The notes beneath the pieces were generated by a model. The model was not told the DNA's origin. It saw only the letters and a program-made list of their open reading frames with translations, and did not search any database. From the NCBI GenBank assembly GCA_964291625.2, contig OZ220089.1, positions 992,001-1,056,000 on the forward strand: a stretch of DNA of 64,000 nt, in the 5' to 3' direction. The position numbers and the translations under genes are program-made. Shown here in pieces: positions 18,710-30,000 of this stretch (positions within the stretch are counted from its first letter, which is position 1; every line of letters starts with the position of its first letter). This DNA is from Candidatus Latescibacterota bacterium. Its GTDB lineage: Bacteria; Latescibacterota; UBA2968; UBA8231.

Positions 18710-19914
18710 GACCGGATGGCAGCGACCATCCGGGGGTTCGTCTGCGGTACTGCACCGCCTGCCACCGTAGCAGACTGGCGTCTCTGGGGCCGCCCTTCGC
18801 CCTGCCGTGGACCGGGGCCCTCGCCGCGGCCCTGCTGCTGGCGGCGCCTCCCGCCGGAGCCGGTCCCCCCCACGAGGCCACCGGCCTGCGGCCTACGGCG
18901 ATCCCCCTGCTGAACTTCAGCTCCGACGACGGCGCCGGGTACGGCCTGCGCGCCTCTCTCTTCGAGTACGACGGCCGCACCGTCCCCTACCTCCGCAAGT
19001 ACTCGGCCCAGCTATTCTTCACCAGCAGGGGCCGCCGGGTGCACTTCCTGTCGATGGACGCGCCGCGCTTCCGCGGCGGCGGCGACCGCCTGGAGATGAC
19101 CCTGCGGTTCGAGGAGGAGGCCTTCGCCAACTACTACGGCTCCCTCACCGACGCGGAGGCCGACCGCCTCGAGCGAGATCACAAGAGCTTCCGGTATGCC
19201 CTGCCCTCGATGGAGCTGCGCTGGATCCGGCGCCTGGAGCCGCGGCCGGCGCCGGCCCCCTGGGGGGTCGTCCTCGGAGGCCGGTTGAGCCGCGCCGGCA
19301 TCACCCCCAACGCCGTCGCCGGGAACATCCTGGCCGAGGCCGCCCCTCCCGGCATCGACGGCGGCCTCCTGGGACAGGTCAAGGCCGCCCTGCGTCACGA
19401 CACGCGGGACGACTACAACGATACCTCCACCGGCCTGCTGGAGGAGCTGCTCTTGGAATACGGGACCGGCGGCGGCTACAGCGGCCTGACCGTCCGCTTC
19501 GAGCACCGGCACTTCGCCGCCCCCCTCGCCGGACTCGTGGCCGCCCACCGGCTCGCCCTCGACTGGACCGCGGGGGACCTGCCGTTCTACGAGTGGCCCG
19601 AGGTCGGGGGCGGCGACACGCTCCGCGGCCTCGTGCGGGGGCGGGACCGGGGCCGCGGCCGGGTGCTGCTCAACGGGGAGCTGCGCTGGCGCGGCATGCG
19701 CCTCTCCTCGAGGCAGAGCATGCACCTCGGCGCCGTCGCCTTCGCCGACGCCGGGCACATCCTCGGCGGCGGCGCGCTGGCCGCCCCCGGCCGCTGGCGC
19801 CACGGCCTGGGGATCGGTCTGCGGGGCCGCTGGCAGAGCACGGTGGTGCGCGCCGACTGGGGCCGGGCGGGCCACGGCTCGGGCCTCTACCTCACCTTCG
19901 CCCACATGTTCTGA
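18706..19914 (+). CDS. Omp85/BamA-TamA-family barrel protein without POTRA domains (start uncertain)
   Basis: P..NFSSDDGAGYG, HDTRD, LRG..RGR, ELRW, FADAG and a terminal Phe. Confidence 0.7.
   Translation: MRPDGSDHPGVRLRYCTACHRSRLASLGPPFALPWTGALAAALLLAAPPAGAGPPHEATGLRPTAIPLLNFSSDDGAGYGLRASLFEYDGRTVPYLRKYSAQLFFTSRGRRVHFLSMDAPRFRGGGDRLEMTLRFEEEAFANYYGSLTDAEADRLERDHKSFRYALPSMELRWIRRLEPRPAPAPWGVVLGGRLSRAGITPNAVAGNILAEAAPPGIDGGLLGQVKAALRHDTRDDYNDTSTGLLEELLLEYGTGGGYSGLTVRFEHRHFAAPLAGLVAAHRLALDWTAGDLPFYEWPEVGGGDTLRGLVRGRDRGRGRVLLNGELRWRGMRLSSRQSMHLGAVAFADAGHILGGGALAAPGRWRHGLGIGLRGRWQSTVVRADWGRAGHGSGLYLTFAHMF
18712..18733 (+). terminator. 8-bp hairpin directly after doc
   Basis: CCGGATGG-CAGCGA-CCATCCGG; no U-tract. 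Confidence 0.4.
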
Positions 19915-19924
19915 AACCCCGGGT

Positions 19925-20135
19925 CCCCGGCCGTGACGGTGCGCGCCCACGCCTTGCGCCACGCCTCCCGGCCTCACACCCGCCATCGGCGCGCCCCCCC
20001 GGGTCGGTCTCCGGTCCCGCCACGGGCCTCCACCCACCCCCTGGCCCTGACCTGCGCCGCCCACGCCCCGGGGACCGCGGCCTCCGGGCCTCACGCCCGC
20101 CCTTTCGATGCCCCCCAAACCCGTCTCCGGCGCCC
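19925..20135. repeat. Two degenerate direct-repeat units (period ~115 bp), intergenic
   Basis: Shared ordered blocks GGCCnTGAC, GCCCACGCC, GCCTCCnGGCCTCACnCCCGCC and GTCTCCGG. Confidence 0.6.
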
Positions 20136-20237
20136 TCCTCCCGCGGCACTTCGGAAACTCTGGCGCCCTCGCGGGCGCCCGGCCCGCGCATCCGTCGCGC
20201 GGTTGCCCGCCGGGGCGGTTGTTCGTGTCTTGTGGGC

Positions 20238-21434
20238 ATGAGAGCCGCCGCCCTCCTGCTCGTCCGGGGCGCCCTCGCCTCACTCGGAGTCCTGCTGCTG
20301 GTGCTGCTGATCCCGACGGCCCGCGACGCCTTCTGGGGACTGCTCTTTCTCGGCGACTTCGTCGCCGGGGAGCGCACGACCCCCTACGACCTGCTCACCC
20401 GCGAACCGAAGACCACCAGCGGCGAGCTGACGGCCGGCGACGCCGTGCGCGTGCCCTTCGACTTCTACAGCCCGCGTGCGGCCTCGGAGCCGGCCGCCGC
20501 CGGCGAGCGCCTGCCGGCGTTCCTGCTCGCCCACGGCGCCGTCCACGAGGGGAACCGCGACGCCAGGGTGATCGCCATGGCCCGGCGGCTGGCCCGCGGC
20601 GGGTTCGTGGTGATGGCCCCCGACCTGCTGCAGATGAAGAGCTACCGCCTGGGGTTCGAAGACGCCGACGCCCTCCACGCCTGTCTCCAATACCTGTTCG
20701 ACTCCGCCTTCGTCGACGGCGGCCGGGTCGGCGTGATCGCCCCGAGCTTCGGCTCCGGGCCGATGCTGATGGCCCTGGGCCGGCCGGGCCTGCGCGGCCA
20801 GGTCCGCTTCGGCCTGCTCTTCGGCGCCTACCACGACATGCGGCGCACCCTGCGCTTCACCCTCACCGGCTCCTACGAGGCCCCGGGTCTTCCGGCGGTC
20901 GATTCCGGCCCGAGCAACCGGCGCAATCGCTGGCGCCTCCTGCGCGGCAACATCGACCTCGTCCCCTCCTCTCCGAGCCGCGGCGAGTTCGCTGAGTTCG
21001 TGGCCGCCCGCGCCGACACCCCCTCCTACGACGACCCGGTCCTGCGCGCCGGCTTCTCCGCCGAGGAACGCCTCATGCTCGAGTTCACGGCCAACACCGA
21101 CCCGGCCCGCTTCGACTCGCTCTACCCGCTGCTGCCGGAGACCTTCCGCACCTGGGTCGACACCTTCTCCCTGCGCCATCACACCGCCGGCGTGAGGACG
21201 AAGCTGCTCCTCGCCCACAGCAGCGCCGACAAGGTGATCCCCTACCCGGAGAGCATGGCCCTGGCCGCCGACCTGCCGGACGCGCCGGCGCCGGACGTCT
21301 CGATCCTCGATCTCTTCACCCACGTGGACATCAAGATCGACGGGACGTCTCTGCGGGCCCTCGTGACCGACGTCATCCCCGGTCTCTTCCGGATCTGGGG
21401 CATCGCCCACGCCCTCATGGAGCAGCGCAGGTAG
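20238..21434 (+). CDS. Membrane-anchored alpha/beta hydrolase-fold protein
   Basis: N-terminal TM segment, LAHG, APD, IAPSFGSG elbow, HSSADKVIP, FTH. Confidence 0.7.
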   Translation: MRAAALLLVRGALASLGVLLLVLLIPTARDAFWGLLFLGDFVAGERTTPYDLLTREPKTTSGELTAGDAVRVPFDFYSPRAASEPAAAGERLPAFLLAHGAVHEGNRDARVIAMARRLARGGFVVMAPDLLQMKSYRLGFEDADALHACLQYLFDSAFVDGGRVGVIAPSFGSGPMLMALGRPGLRGQVRFGLLFGAYHDMRRTLRFTLTGSYEAPGLPAVDSGPSNRRNRWRLLRGNIDLVPSSPSRGEFAEFVAARADTPSYDDPVLRAGFSAEERLMLEFTANTDPARFDSLYPLLPETFRTWVDTFSLRHHTAGVRTKLLLAHSSADKVIPYPESMALAADLPDAPAPDVSILDLFTHVDIKIDGTSLRALVTDVIPGLFRIWGIAHALMEQRR

Positions 21435-21444
21435 GAGGCCGCCC

Positions 21445-22605
21445 ATGGTCCCTCCACGGATCGATCGACGGAACCGCTGCTCCCCAGTCGCGGGGCTCTT
21501 CTGCGCCGTGGCCGGCCTGCTGCTGCTCCGGCCCGCCCCGGCCGACGCCGGCGCCGCCCACGAGAGCACGGGCTGGCGGCCGACGGCGATCCCCCTGCTG
21601 AACTTCAGCTCCGACGACGGCACCGGGTACGGGCTGCGGGCCAACCTCTTCGAGTACGACGGCCGCACCGTCCCCTACCGCCGCAAGTACTCGGCGCAGC
21701 TGTTCTTCACCACCGGGGGCAAGTGGGTGCACCGGCTGCTGATGGACACGCCGAGGTTCCGCGGCGGCGGCGACCGCCTGGAGCTGGAGCTGGTCTACGA
21801 GAAGGAGGAGTTCGCCAACTACTACGGCGGCCTCTCGAAGGAGGAGACCCGCGGCCTCCACCGCGACCAGCGGACCTTCTCCCAGGCCTTCCCGGAGCTC
21901 AAGGCGAGGTGGATCCGTCCCCTGGGGTTGAGTGATTCCACCCCCTGGAGGCTGCGCCTCGGCAGCCGCCTGAGCTACCACGAGATCACGCCCAACGCGG
22001 AGGCCGGCAACATCCTGGCCGAGCAGGACCCCCTCGGCGCCGACGGCGGACCCCTCGCCCAGGCCGGCGCGGCGCTGCGCTACGACACCCGGGACAACTA
22101 CAACGACAGCTCCGCCGGCCTTCTCGAGGAGCTGGTCGTCCAGTACACCTTCGGCGCCGGCGGCGACTACAACGGCCTCCAGGTCCGCCTCGAGCACCGG
22201 CACTTCGCCTCCCTCCTCCCCGGCCTCGTCGCCGCCCACCGGATCGCCCTCGACTGGACCGCCGGGGACCTGCCCTTCTACGAGGAGCTGGCCCTGGGCG
22301 GCAGCAGCACGGTCCGCGGGCTCCCGAAGGCCCGGGACCGCGGCGAGACGCGGGTGCTCCTCAACGGGGAGCTGCGCTGGCGCGGGGTGCGCCTCTCCTC
22401 GGCGCAGAACATCCACCTCGGGGGGCTGCTCTTCGCCGACGCCGGCCAGATCTTCGCCGGCGGCGAGTGGCCCGCCGCCGGCGACTGGCGCCGGGGAGCG
22501 GGCCTCGGGCTGCGCTTTCTGTGGCAGAGCACGATCGTGCGCGCCGACCACGGCTTCTCGGGCGGCGGCCGCGGCATCTACATCACCTTCTCCCAGCTCT
22601 TCTGA
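21445..22605 (+). CDS. Omp85/BamA-TamA-family barrel protein without POTRA domains
   Basis: Signal peptide, YDTRD, LGGSSTVRG, ELRW, FADAG and a terminal Phe; paralogue of 18706-19914. Confidence 0.8.
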   Translation: MVPPRIDRRNRCSPVAGLFCAVAGLLLLRPAPADAGAAHESTGWRPTAIPLLNFSSDDGTGYGLRANLFEYDGRTVPYRRKYSAQLFFTTGGKWVHRLLMDTPRFRGGGDRLELELVYEKEEFANYYGGLSKEETRGLHRDQRTFSQAFPELKARWIRPLGLSDSTPWRLRLGSRLSYHEITPNAEAGNILAEQDPLGADGGPLAQAGAALRYDTRDNYNDSSAGLLEELVVQYTFGAGGDYNGLQVRLEHRHFASLLPGLVAAHRIALDWTAGDLPFYEELALGGSSTVRGLPKARDRGETRVLLNGELRWRGVRLSSAQNIHLGGLLFADAGQIFAGGEWPAAGDWRRGAGLGLRFLWQSTIVRADHGFSGGGRGIYITFSQLF

Positions 22606-22607
22606 CC

Positions 22608-23918
22608 ATGCCCGCAACGACCGACCGCGACTACCGGAAGACCGTCAACGCCTGGTGCCTCTACGACTGGGGCAACTCCGCCTTCGCCACCACCATCATG
22701 GCCGGCGTCTTCCCCCTGTTCTACCGGTCCATGGCGACCACCGCCGGCCTCGGCGAGGCCGACGCCACCGCGGCCTGGGCGTACACCACGTCCCTGGCCC
22801 TGCTCATCGTCGCCGTCATCGGCCCGGTCCTCGGGTCGTACTGCGACCAGGTCCGCAGCAAGAAGCGGTTCCTCGCCTTCTTCGCCGGCCTCGGGGTCTG
22901 CGCCACGGCCCTCTTCGTCCTCCTCGGCGACGACGACTACCTGCTGGGTTCGGCGCTGTTCATCGCCGGCAACATCGGCTTCGCCGCCGGCAACATCTTC
23001 TACGAGTCGCTGCTGCCCCACGTGGCGCGGCCCGGCGACCTGGACCGCGTCTCCGCCCGGGGATACGCCATGGGCTACATCGGCGGCGGGATCCTGCTGG
23101 TGATCAACCTGCTCTGGATCATGCACCCCGGGTGGTTCTCCCTGCCCGGCACCGGGTTCGCCCTGCGCCTGACCTTCTTCAGCGTCGCCGTCTGGTGGGC
23201 CGCCTTCGCCGTTCCGCTGATGCGCCGCGTCGAGGAACCGCCTGTCGCCGGCGGCGGCCCCCGTCGCCCCGGCCTGGGGGACGCCTTCTCGCGCCTGGCC
23301 CGGACCTTCCGCGAGGTGCGGCGCTACCGGCAGCTGCTGCTCTTCCTCGTGGCCTTCTGGGTCTACAACGACGGCATCGGCACGATCATCAAGATGGCGA
23401 TCGCCTACGGGGACGAGGTCGGCATCGGCCGCAACGACCTGATCACGGCGCTGGTGGTGACCCAGTTCGTCGGCATCCCCTGCACCTTCCTCTTCGGGAG
23501 GCTGGCGGGGGTCCTGGGGACCAAGAGGTCGATCCTCGCCGGCCTGGGGGTGTACCTGCTGATGACCGTGGGCGCGTACTTCATGGAGACCGCCCTCCAC
23601 TTCTACATCCTCGCGGTGATGGTCGGCCTCGTGCAGGGAGGCACCCAGGCCCTGAGCCGCTCCCTCTACGCCTCGATGATCCCCCGTGAGAGGTCGGCCG
23701 AGTTCTTCGGCTTCTACAGCACCAGCTCCCGCTTCGCCGGGATCTTCGGCCCCCTGATCTTCGGGATGGTGGGCCAGCTCACCGGCGGCAGCCGCCTCGG
23801 CATCATCTCGCTGGTGATCTTCTTCGTGGTGGGAGGGGCGCTGCTGCTGCGCGTCGACGAGCGCGAAGGGGCCCGCGCCGCCCACGGGGAGGAGCCCCCG
23901 GCCGAGGCGGGCGTGTAG
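22608..23918 (+). CDS. MFS transporter (UMF1/Atg22-like)
   Basis: WCLYDWGNSAF, FYESLL, GYIGG, QALSRS, EFFGFY. Confidence 0.88.
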   Translation: MPATTDRDYRKTVNAWCLYDWGNSAFATTIMAGVFPLFYRSMATTAGLGEADATAAWAYTTSLALLIVAVIGPVLGSYCDQVRSKKRFLAFFAGLGVCATALFVLLGDDDYLLGSALFIAGNIGFAAGNIFYESLLPHVARPGDLDRVSARGYAMGYIGGGILLVINLLWIMHPGWFSLPGTGFALRLTFFSVAVWWAAFAVPLMRRVEEPPVAGGGPRRPGLGDAFSRLARTFREVRRYRQLLLFLVAFWVYNDGIGTIIKMAIAYGDEVGIGRNDLITALVVTQFVGIPCTFLFGRLAGVLGTKRSILAGLGVYLLMTVGAYFMETALHFYILAVMVGLVQGGTQALSRSLYASMIPRERSAEFFGFYSTSSRFAGIFGPLIFGMVGQLTGGSRLGIISLVIFFVVGGALLLRVDEREGARAAHGEEPPAEAGV

Positions 23919-24004
23919 GACCGTCCCGCCCCAGCGGCCGGTACGTCGCCGTCGAGGCTGGGCGGGCGCCGCCGAGGCGGACGGACCGCGCTGGACCTTG
24001 CCAG

Positions 24005-27000
24005 CTACCAGTCGAAGGTGGCGCGCAGGCGGATCTCGTGGGAGGACCCCGCGGCAGCCAGCGCGCGCCGGGCGCCCGCCACTTCGACCTTCAGGTTCGA
24101 CTCGACCCCCTGCAGCCGCCAGCCCAGGCGGCACGTGCCCCGGCCGTCGCCGGAGAGCCCCACGCCCGCGTACGGCGTGAGCCGGCCGCCGAGCGCCTCC
24201 AGGCCGTATCCTACCTCGGCGTGGAGACCGCCGCCGAGGGGCGCCTCGATGGAGGCCGGCGCCGCGCCCGGGACCTGCTGACCCCAGAGACGGTCCAGGC
24301 CGCTCGAGGCCGCGCCCCAGAAGGACCGCAGGTCCAGCCACACCCCCTCCTGGAGCACACCGGGGTCGAAGGTGAAGGAACCGGCCACGCCCCACTCCTC
24401 GTAGCCGTCGTCCCGGTGCGCCAGCAGCCGGCGGGCGGTGGTCTCCATGGACAGGCCGCGGTCCGGATCGGTGTAGCCCAGTCCGCCGCCGATCTCCATG
24501 CCCATGCCCGTCTCGGCGTCGCCGCCGTCGCGGCGCAGGCCCAGGTCCAGGGTCGGCGACAACCCCCGGCCTTCGCTCAGGGCGAAGTGGCGGGACCCCT
24601 CCAGGGCGAGTCTCACCCGGCTGACATCGGCCTCCACCTCCGGCCGTTCCCGCGTCTCCGGGGCGTCCATCCTCACCCAGAAGGCGTCGGACCTCACGGC
24701 CAGGTCGAAGGTCCGCAGCCGCCCGGGAGTCCCCAGGGCGCCGCGCACACCGATGCCGCCCATGCGCATGGCAATCCCTCGGGAGGCGCGCCCCGTGCTC
24801 TTCCCCATGAGACCCCGGCCGTAGCCCAGGACGCCCCAGGCCGACAGCCGCTCGGTCAGGGCGTACTGGACGTACGGATGCATGCTGGCCAGGTGGTTGT
24901 CCAGGTCGTCGCGGCGGACCGATTCGTCGGCGCTGCGAATGTCGTAGTCGCCCATGACCAGGTTGTGGGCCATCATGAGGCCGGCCAGCATGCGGTTGTG
25001 GTGCCAGTCGATGCCGATCACACTGGTGATGGCGCCGCCCTTGAGCCACAACTCCGGGGAGTTGTGCTCGAAGTTGGTCGTCACCCCGCGGCCCCAGGCG
25101 GTCCACCGGGCCTCTCCCTCCGTGTCCTCCCCGTCGCCGTCCTCGCCATCGCCGCCCGAGGAGACCAGGAAGGAACTCCGCGACAGGAGCTCGATGAGAG
25201 AGCCGCGCCTCGGGCCGTGGACGGGAGACAGGCCCCCGGCGAAGGAGAGATCGCGGCTCCGGGGACCGGATCCGCCCATCCATGCGTACGAGTCCCGGCC
25301 CCGAGCGGCGGCTCCGGGCCCGCCGAAGGAGAGCCGCGCCCCGCCCAGGGTGAGGTAGTCGCCCTGGCGCGTCCGGGCCCTCAGACGGCTGGCGAGAGCG
25401 TCCATCACCTGGGTCGCCGTGGTCCGCCCGAACCGGGCCAGCCAGGCCTTCTCCAGGGAGAGGTCGTCGTCGATGATGGTGCCCTCCGCGGCGCCGTCGG
25501 CCACGTCCGCGTTCACCGCCCTGCTCAGCGACACGACGAGAGTCTCCTCGGTCTCGTCGAGGGCGTCGTTGAAGACCGCCACCTCGATGGTGCTTTGCGT
25601 CCCACCCGGGGGAATGATCAGGGTGCCGGAAGACGCCGTGTAGTCCTTCCCGGCGGCGGCCGTGCCGTCGGACGTGGCCCAGTCCACCCTCACCTCGAGG
25701 CCGCTCACCGCCCCCAGGGAGACGGCGAAGGAGAGGGCCCCGTCACCTTCGGGAGCCGCGGCATCGGCGATCGTCAGGGCCGGGGCCGCGTCGTCGTCGG
25801 TGATCGTGCCCGTGGCCAGGCCGTCGGCCAGGGTCGCGTTGACCGGGGCACTCAGGGAGAGGGTGAAGCTCTCCCGGCCTTCGTGGAGGGCGTCGTCGAC
25901 AAGAGGCACGGCGAAGCTCTTGGCCGTCTCGAGGGGAGCGAATTGCAGGGCGCCCCCCCGCTGCTCGTAGTCGGCTCCCTCGATGGCCGTTCCGTCGGCC
26001 GTCGTCCACCCCACCCCCACCTCGAGGCTGCTGGGCACGTCGAGGGTGACGGTGAAGGAGATGGAGTCGGCCTCCTCCGAGGCGACCGCGTCGGCGATCG
26101 TCAGGGCGGGACGGTCGTCCTCGGTTACCGAAACCCTCACGCCGGCCGCGGAGACGAGGTCGTAGTCGCCGCCGCTGACGGCATGAGTCAGGGTCACGGG
26201 CGGATCGACCACGGCGTCGTCGTCCTCGGCGGCGGTGACCGTCACCCGCTGCGACTGGCGCCAGGTGGCGGCCGTGAAGGTCAGCTCCGTGGGCGACGCC
26301 GAGACCTCGGCGCCCGCCGGCGCCCTCACCGCGACGGTGACCGTGTCCGACGGCTCGGTCTCCAGCGCCACCCTGTAGCTGCCTCTCTCGCCCTCGGCCA
26401 GGGTCAGCGCTTCCACGGAGACGCGGACCCCGGGCGTGTCGTCCTCGGTGACCGACACCGTCACGCCGGGGACCGCGACTTTCCCGTAGTCGCCGCCGCT
26501 GGCCGAGTGCCCGACCTGCACCGGGGGATCGGTCACGGCGTCGTCGTCCTGGGAGGCCCTCACGGTCACCTCCTTCGGCTGGCTCCAGTCGGCGGCCGTG
26601 AAGGTCAGCGTCCTCGGCGACACGGAGAGGTCCGTCTCCCCCGGGAGCTCCACGGCCACCTGGACCATGCCCGACGGCTCGGTCTCCAGCACCACCTCGT
26701 AGCCGGCCGTCCCGCCCTCCGCCACGCTCAGGGAAGCGACCGAGACCGTCACGCCCGGAGCGTCGTCCTCGGTGACCGAGACGACGACGGCGGGGGCGGT
26801 GACGCCGTCGTAGTCGCCGCCGCGGACGGCATGGGCCAGGGTCGCCGCCGCGTCGGCCACGGCGTCGTCGTCCTCGGCGGCGGTCACGGTCACCTCCTGC
26901 GCCTGATCCCAGTTGGCGGAAGTGAAGGTCATCTCTGCAGGCGACGCGAAGAGGTCGGTCCCCGCCGGGACCGCCACCGCCACGGTGACGGGGCCCACGG

Positions 27001-30000
27001 GCTCGGTCTCCAAGGCGACGGTGTAACTCACGGACTCGCCCTCCGCCACCGTCAGCTCCGCGGCCGAGACCACCACACCCTGCACGTCGTCCTCGGTGAT
27101 CGACACCTCGACGGAAGGAGCGGCCACGCCGTCGTAGTCGCCGCCGCTGACGGCATGGGTCAGGGTCACCGCGTCGGCCGCGGCGTCGTCATCGTGGGCC
27201 GCGGTTGCGGTGACGGTCTGCGCCTGATTCCAGTTCGCCGCCGTATAGGTCAGGGAGCCCGGGGAGAGGTCGACGTCTCCGTCCTCCGGGGCCCCCACCG
27301 TCACGGTGACCTCGCCGGCCGGTTCCGTCCGAAGGACGACGGCATAGCTGCCCGAGGCGCCCTCCGCCAGGGTCAGAGTCTCCACCGAGACCGTCACGCC
27401 GGGGGTGTCGTCCTCGGTGATCGACACCTCGACATCCGGCGCCGACAGGCCGTCGTAGTCGCCGCCGCTGACCGCGTGCGACAGGGTCGCCGCAGCTTCC
27501 GCCACTGCATCGGCATCCTGGGCCGCGGTCACGGTCACGGTCTGCGCCTCGTCCCAGTGGTCCACGGTGAAGGTGAGCTCACTCTCGTCCACCGAGACTT
27601 CCGATCCGTCCGGCACCTCCACCGTCACCGTCACTGCCGCCGACGGCTCCGAGGTGAGGGCCACGGTGTAGGTTCCGCTCTGGCCTTCCACCACCCTCAA
27701 CGCCGACGGCGTCACCTCGACGCCGCGCTCGTCGTCGTCGCTCACCCTCACCGCGGCCTTCGCCGCAGTCCCGATCCGGTGCGTCGCCGCTTCGGCGATC
27801 TCCGCCGACACCCAACCATCGGGCTCGTCCACCTCGTCATCCGCCGTCGCCACCGCCAGGGCCACCCTCTCCTCGCCCGCGGCAAAGGCCGCCTCGGCCG
27901 GCGCCTCTCCCGAAAGGAAGTCACCCTCCTGCTCCACTTGCACCGCCACCCGCAGAGGCACGTTCAGATCGCCCGCGCGCGTCAGTGTGAAGGGGGCCGC
28001 CGCCCCTTCCGCCACCCTCTCCGCCTCGGCTTCGATGTTCACAACGGGCAGGTCGTCGTCGACGATCACACCCGTCGCCTGACCGGTGCCGAGTATGCCC
28101 GCCCTCGACGCCTCCCTCAGGACGACGGTGAAGCTCTCCTCCGCTTCGTCGACCTCGTCGTCCAGGATCGTCACCTGGAAGGACTGCTCCGTGGTCCCGG
28201 AGGGAAACGTCAGGGTCCCGGTGGTCCCCTCGTAGTCGGCGCCCTCGGCAGCCGTACCCGGCGAGGTGGCATAAGCCACGGTCACGTCGAAGCTGCTGGC
28301 CACGCTCAGCTCCACCGCGAAGTCCATGGCGCCGTCGCTTTCGTCGGCCGCACCGTCGGCGATCGACAACAGGGGCATGTCCCTCTCGGCGATGGAGACC
28401 TCGACGGTGGAGACGGATACGCCGACGTAGTCGCCGCCGGTCACAGCATGCGTCAGGACCACGGGCTGGTCGACCACGGCGTCCTCATCGGCCGCGGCCG
28501 TCACCGTCACCGTCTGCGGCTGCCGCCAGCTCTCCGGACCGAAGGTCAGCTCGGTGACGTCCACGGAAACCTCCGCCCCGTCGGGTACCTGCACGGTGAC
28601 GGTGACCTCCCCCGCCGGCTCGGAGTCGAGGACGATCGTGTAACCCTCCGAGGCACCTTCCGCCACGGTCAGCGCCATGGTCGACAAGGACACACCCTGC
28701 CTGTCGCCCTCGCTGATGGAGACCTCCACATCGTCGACGGAAAGACCGTCGTAGTCGCCGCCGCTGACCGTGTGCTTCAGGGTCACCGGATCGTCGACCA
28801 CGGCGTCCTCGTCCTCGGCCGCGGTGACCGTCACCGTTCGGGGCTCGCTCCAGTTCTCCGGAGTGAAGGTCAACCCGGTGACGTCTACCGAGACCTCGGC
28901 CCCTGCGGGAACCTCCACGGAGACCGTGACCTCGCCGGTCGGTTTCGAGTCGAGCACGACCGTATAGCTGCCGGTGCCGCCTTCGGGCACGGTCATCGCA
29001 TCCACCGAGAAGGAGACCCCGGGCGTGTCGGTCTCCGTGATCGACACCTCGATACCGTCCCCGGAAACCTCCAGGTAGTCGCCGCCGCTGGCCGTATGGG
29101 TCAGGACGACCGGATCGTCCGGTACGGCGTCGTCATCGGCGAGGGCCGTTGCGGTGACCGTCTGCGGCTCCCGCCAGCTCTCCGGCGTGAAGGTCAGTTC
29201 CGTCGGAGAGAGCGTGAGGTCCGAGCCCTCCGGGACCTCGACGACCACAGTCACCTCCCCCGTGGGCTCCGAGTCCATGACCACCGTGTAGGTGCCGGAC
29301 GAGCCTTCGGAGATGATCAACGTCGCCGACGAGACCGAAACGCCGCGGCTATCGTCCTCGGTGATCGACACCTCGAGGCTGGGCGCGGAGAGGCCTTCGT
29401 AGTCGCCGCCGCCGACGGAGAGCGTCAACTCCGCCTCATCGGCCACCGCGTCGTCGTCCTGGGCGGCGGTGACGGTCACGCTCTGCGGCTGGTCCCAGCT
29501 CTCCGGCGTGAAGATCAGCTCCGTCATGTCGGCGGTGACGTCCGCGTCCCCCGGCCACTCCAGGACCACCGTCACGTCCGAGGTCGGCTCGGAGGTCAGC
29601 ACCACCGCGAAGCTGTCGCTCTCCCCTTCCTCGATGGTGAGGGACGCCGGCGTCACCACCAGGCCGCGTTCATCGTCGTCCGTCACGGCTGTGGTGGCCG
29701 CCGCCCCATCGCCTGCGCGGTGGGAGTCACCCGCCGCGAGCGTTGCCGAGACCGAGCCGTCCGGTTCGTCGACGGCGTCGTCCACCGTCGCCAGGGAGAG
29801 CGTCACGGTCGAGTCGTCCGCCGCGAAGGTAGCCGAGGCGGGCGGCTCCTCCGCGAGGAAGTCGCCCGCCTGCGTGACCTCCACCGACACCTCCAGCGGC
29901 CCCGTCAGGTCGCCCGCCCGCGTCAGCGCGAAGGTCACCGTCTCGCCTTCGGCCACCGAGGAGTCGGCCGCCGAGATGCTGACCACGGGAAGGTCGTCGT

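Noticed and set aside
26100-29700. Recurring GTAGTCGCCGCCG-type motifs as a CRISPR-like array
   Set aside because: They are coding GGDY repeats at ~300-bp spacing within the adhesin; no cas genes.
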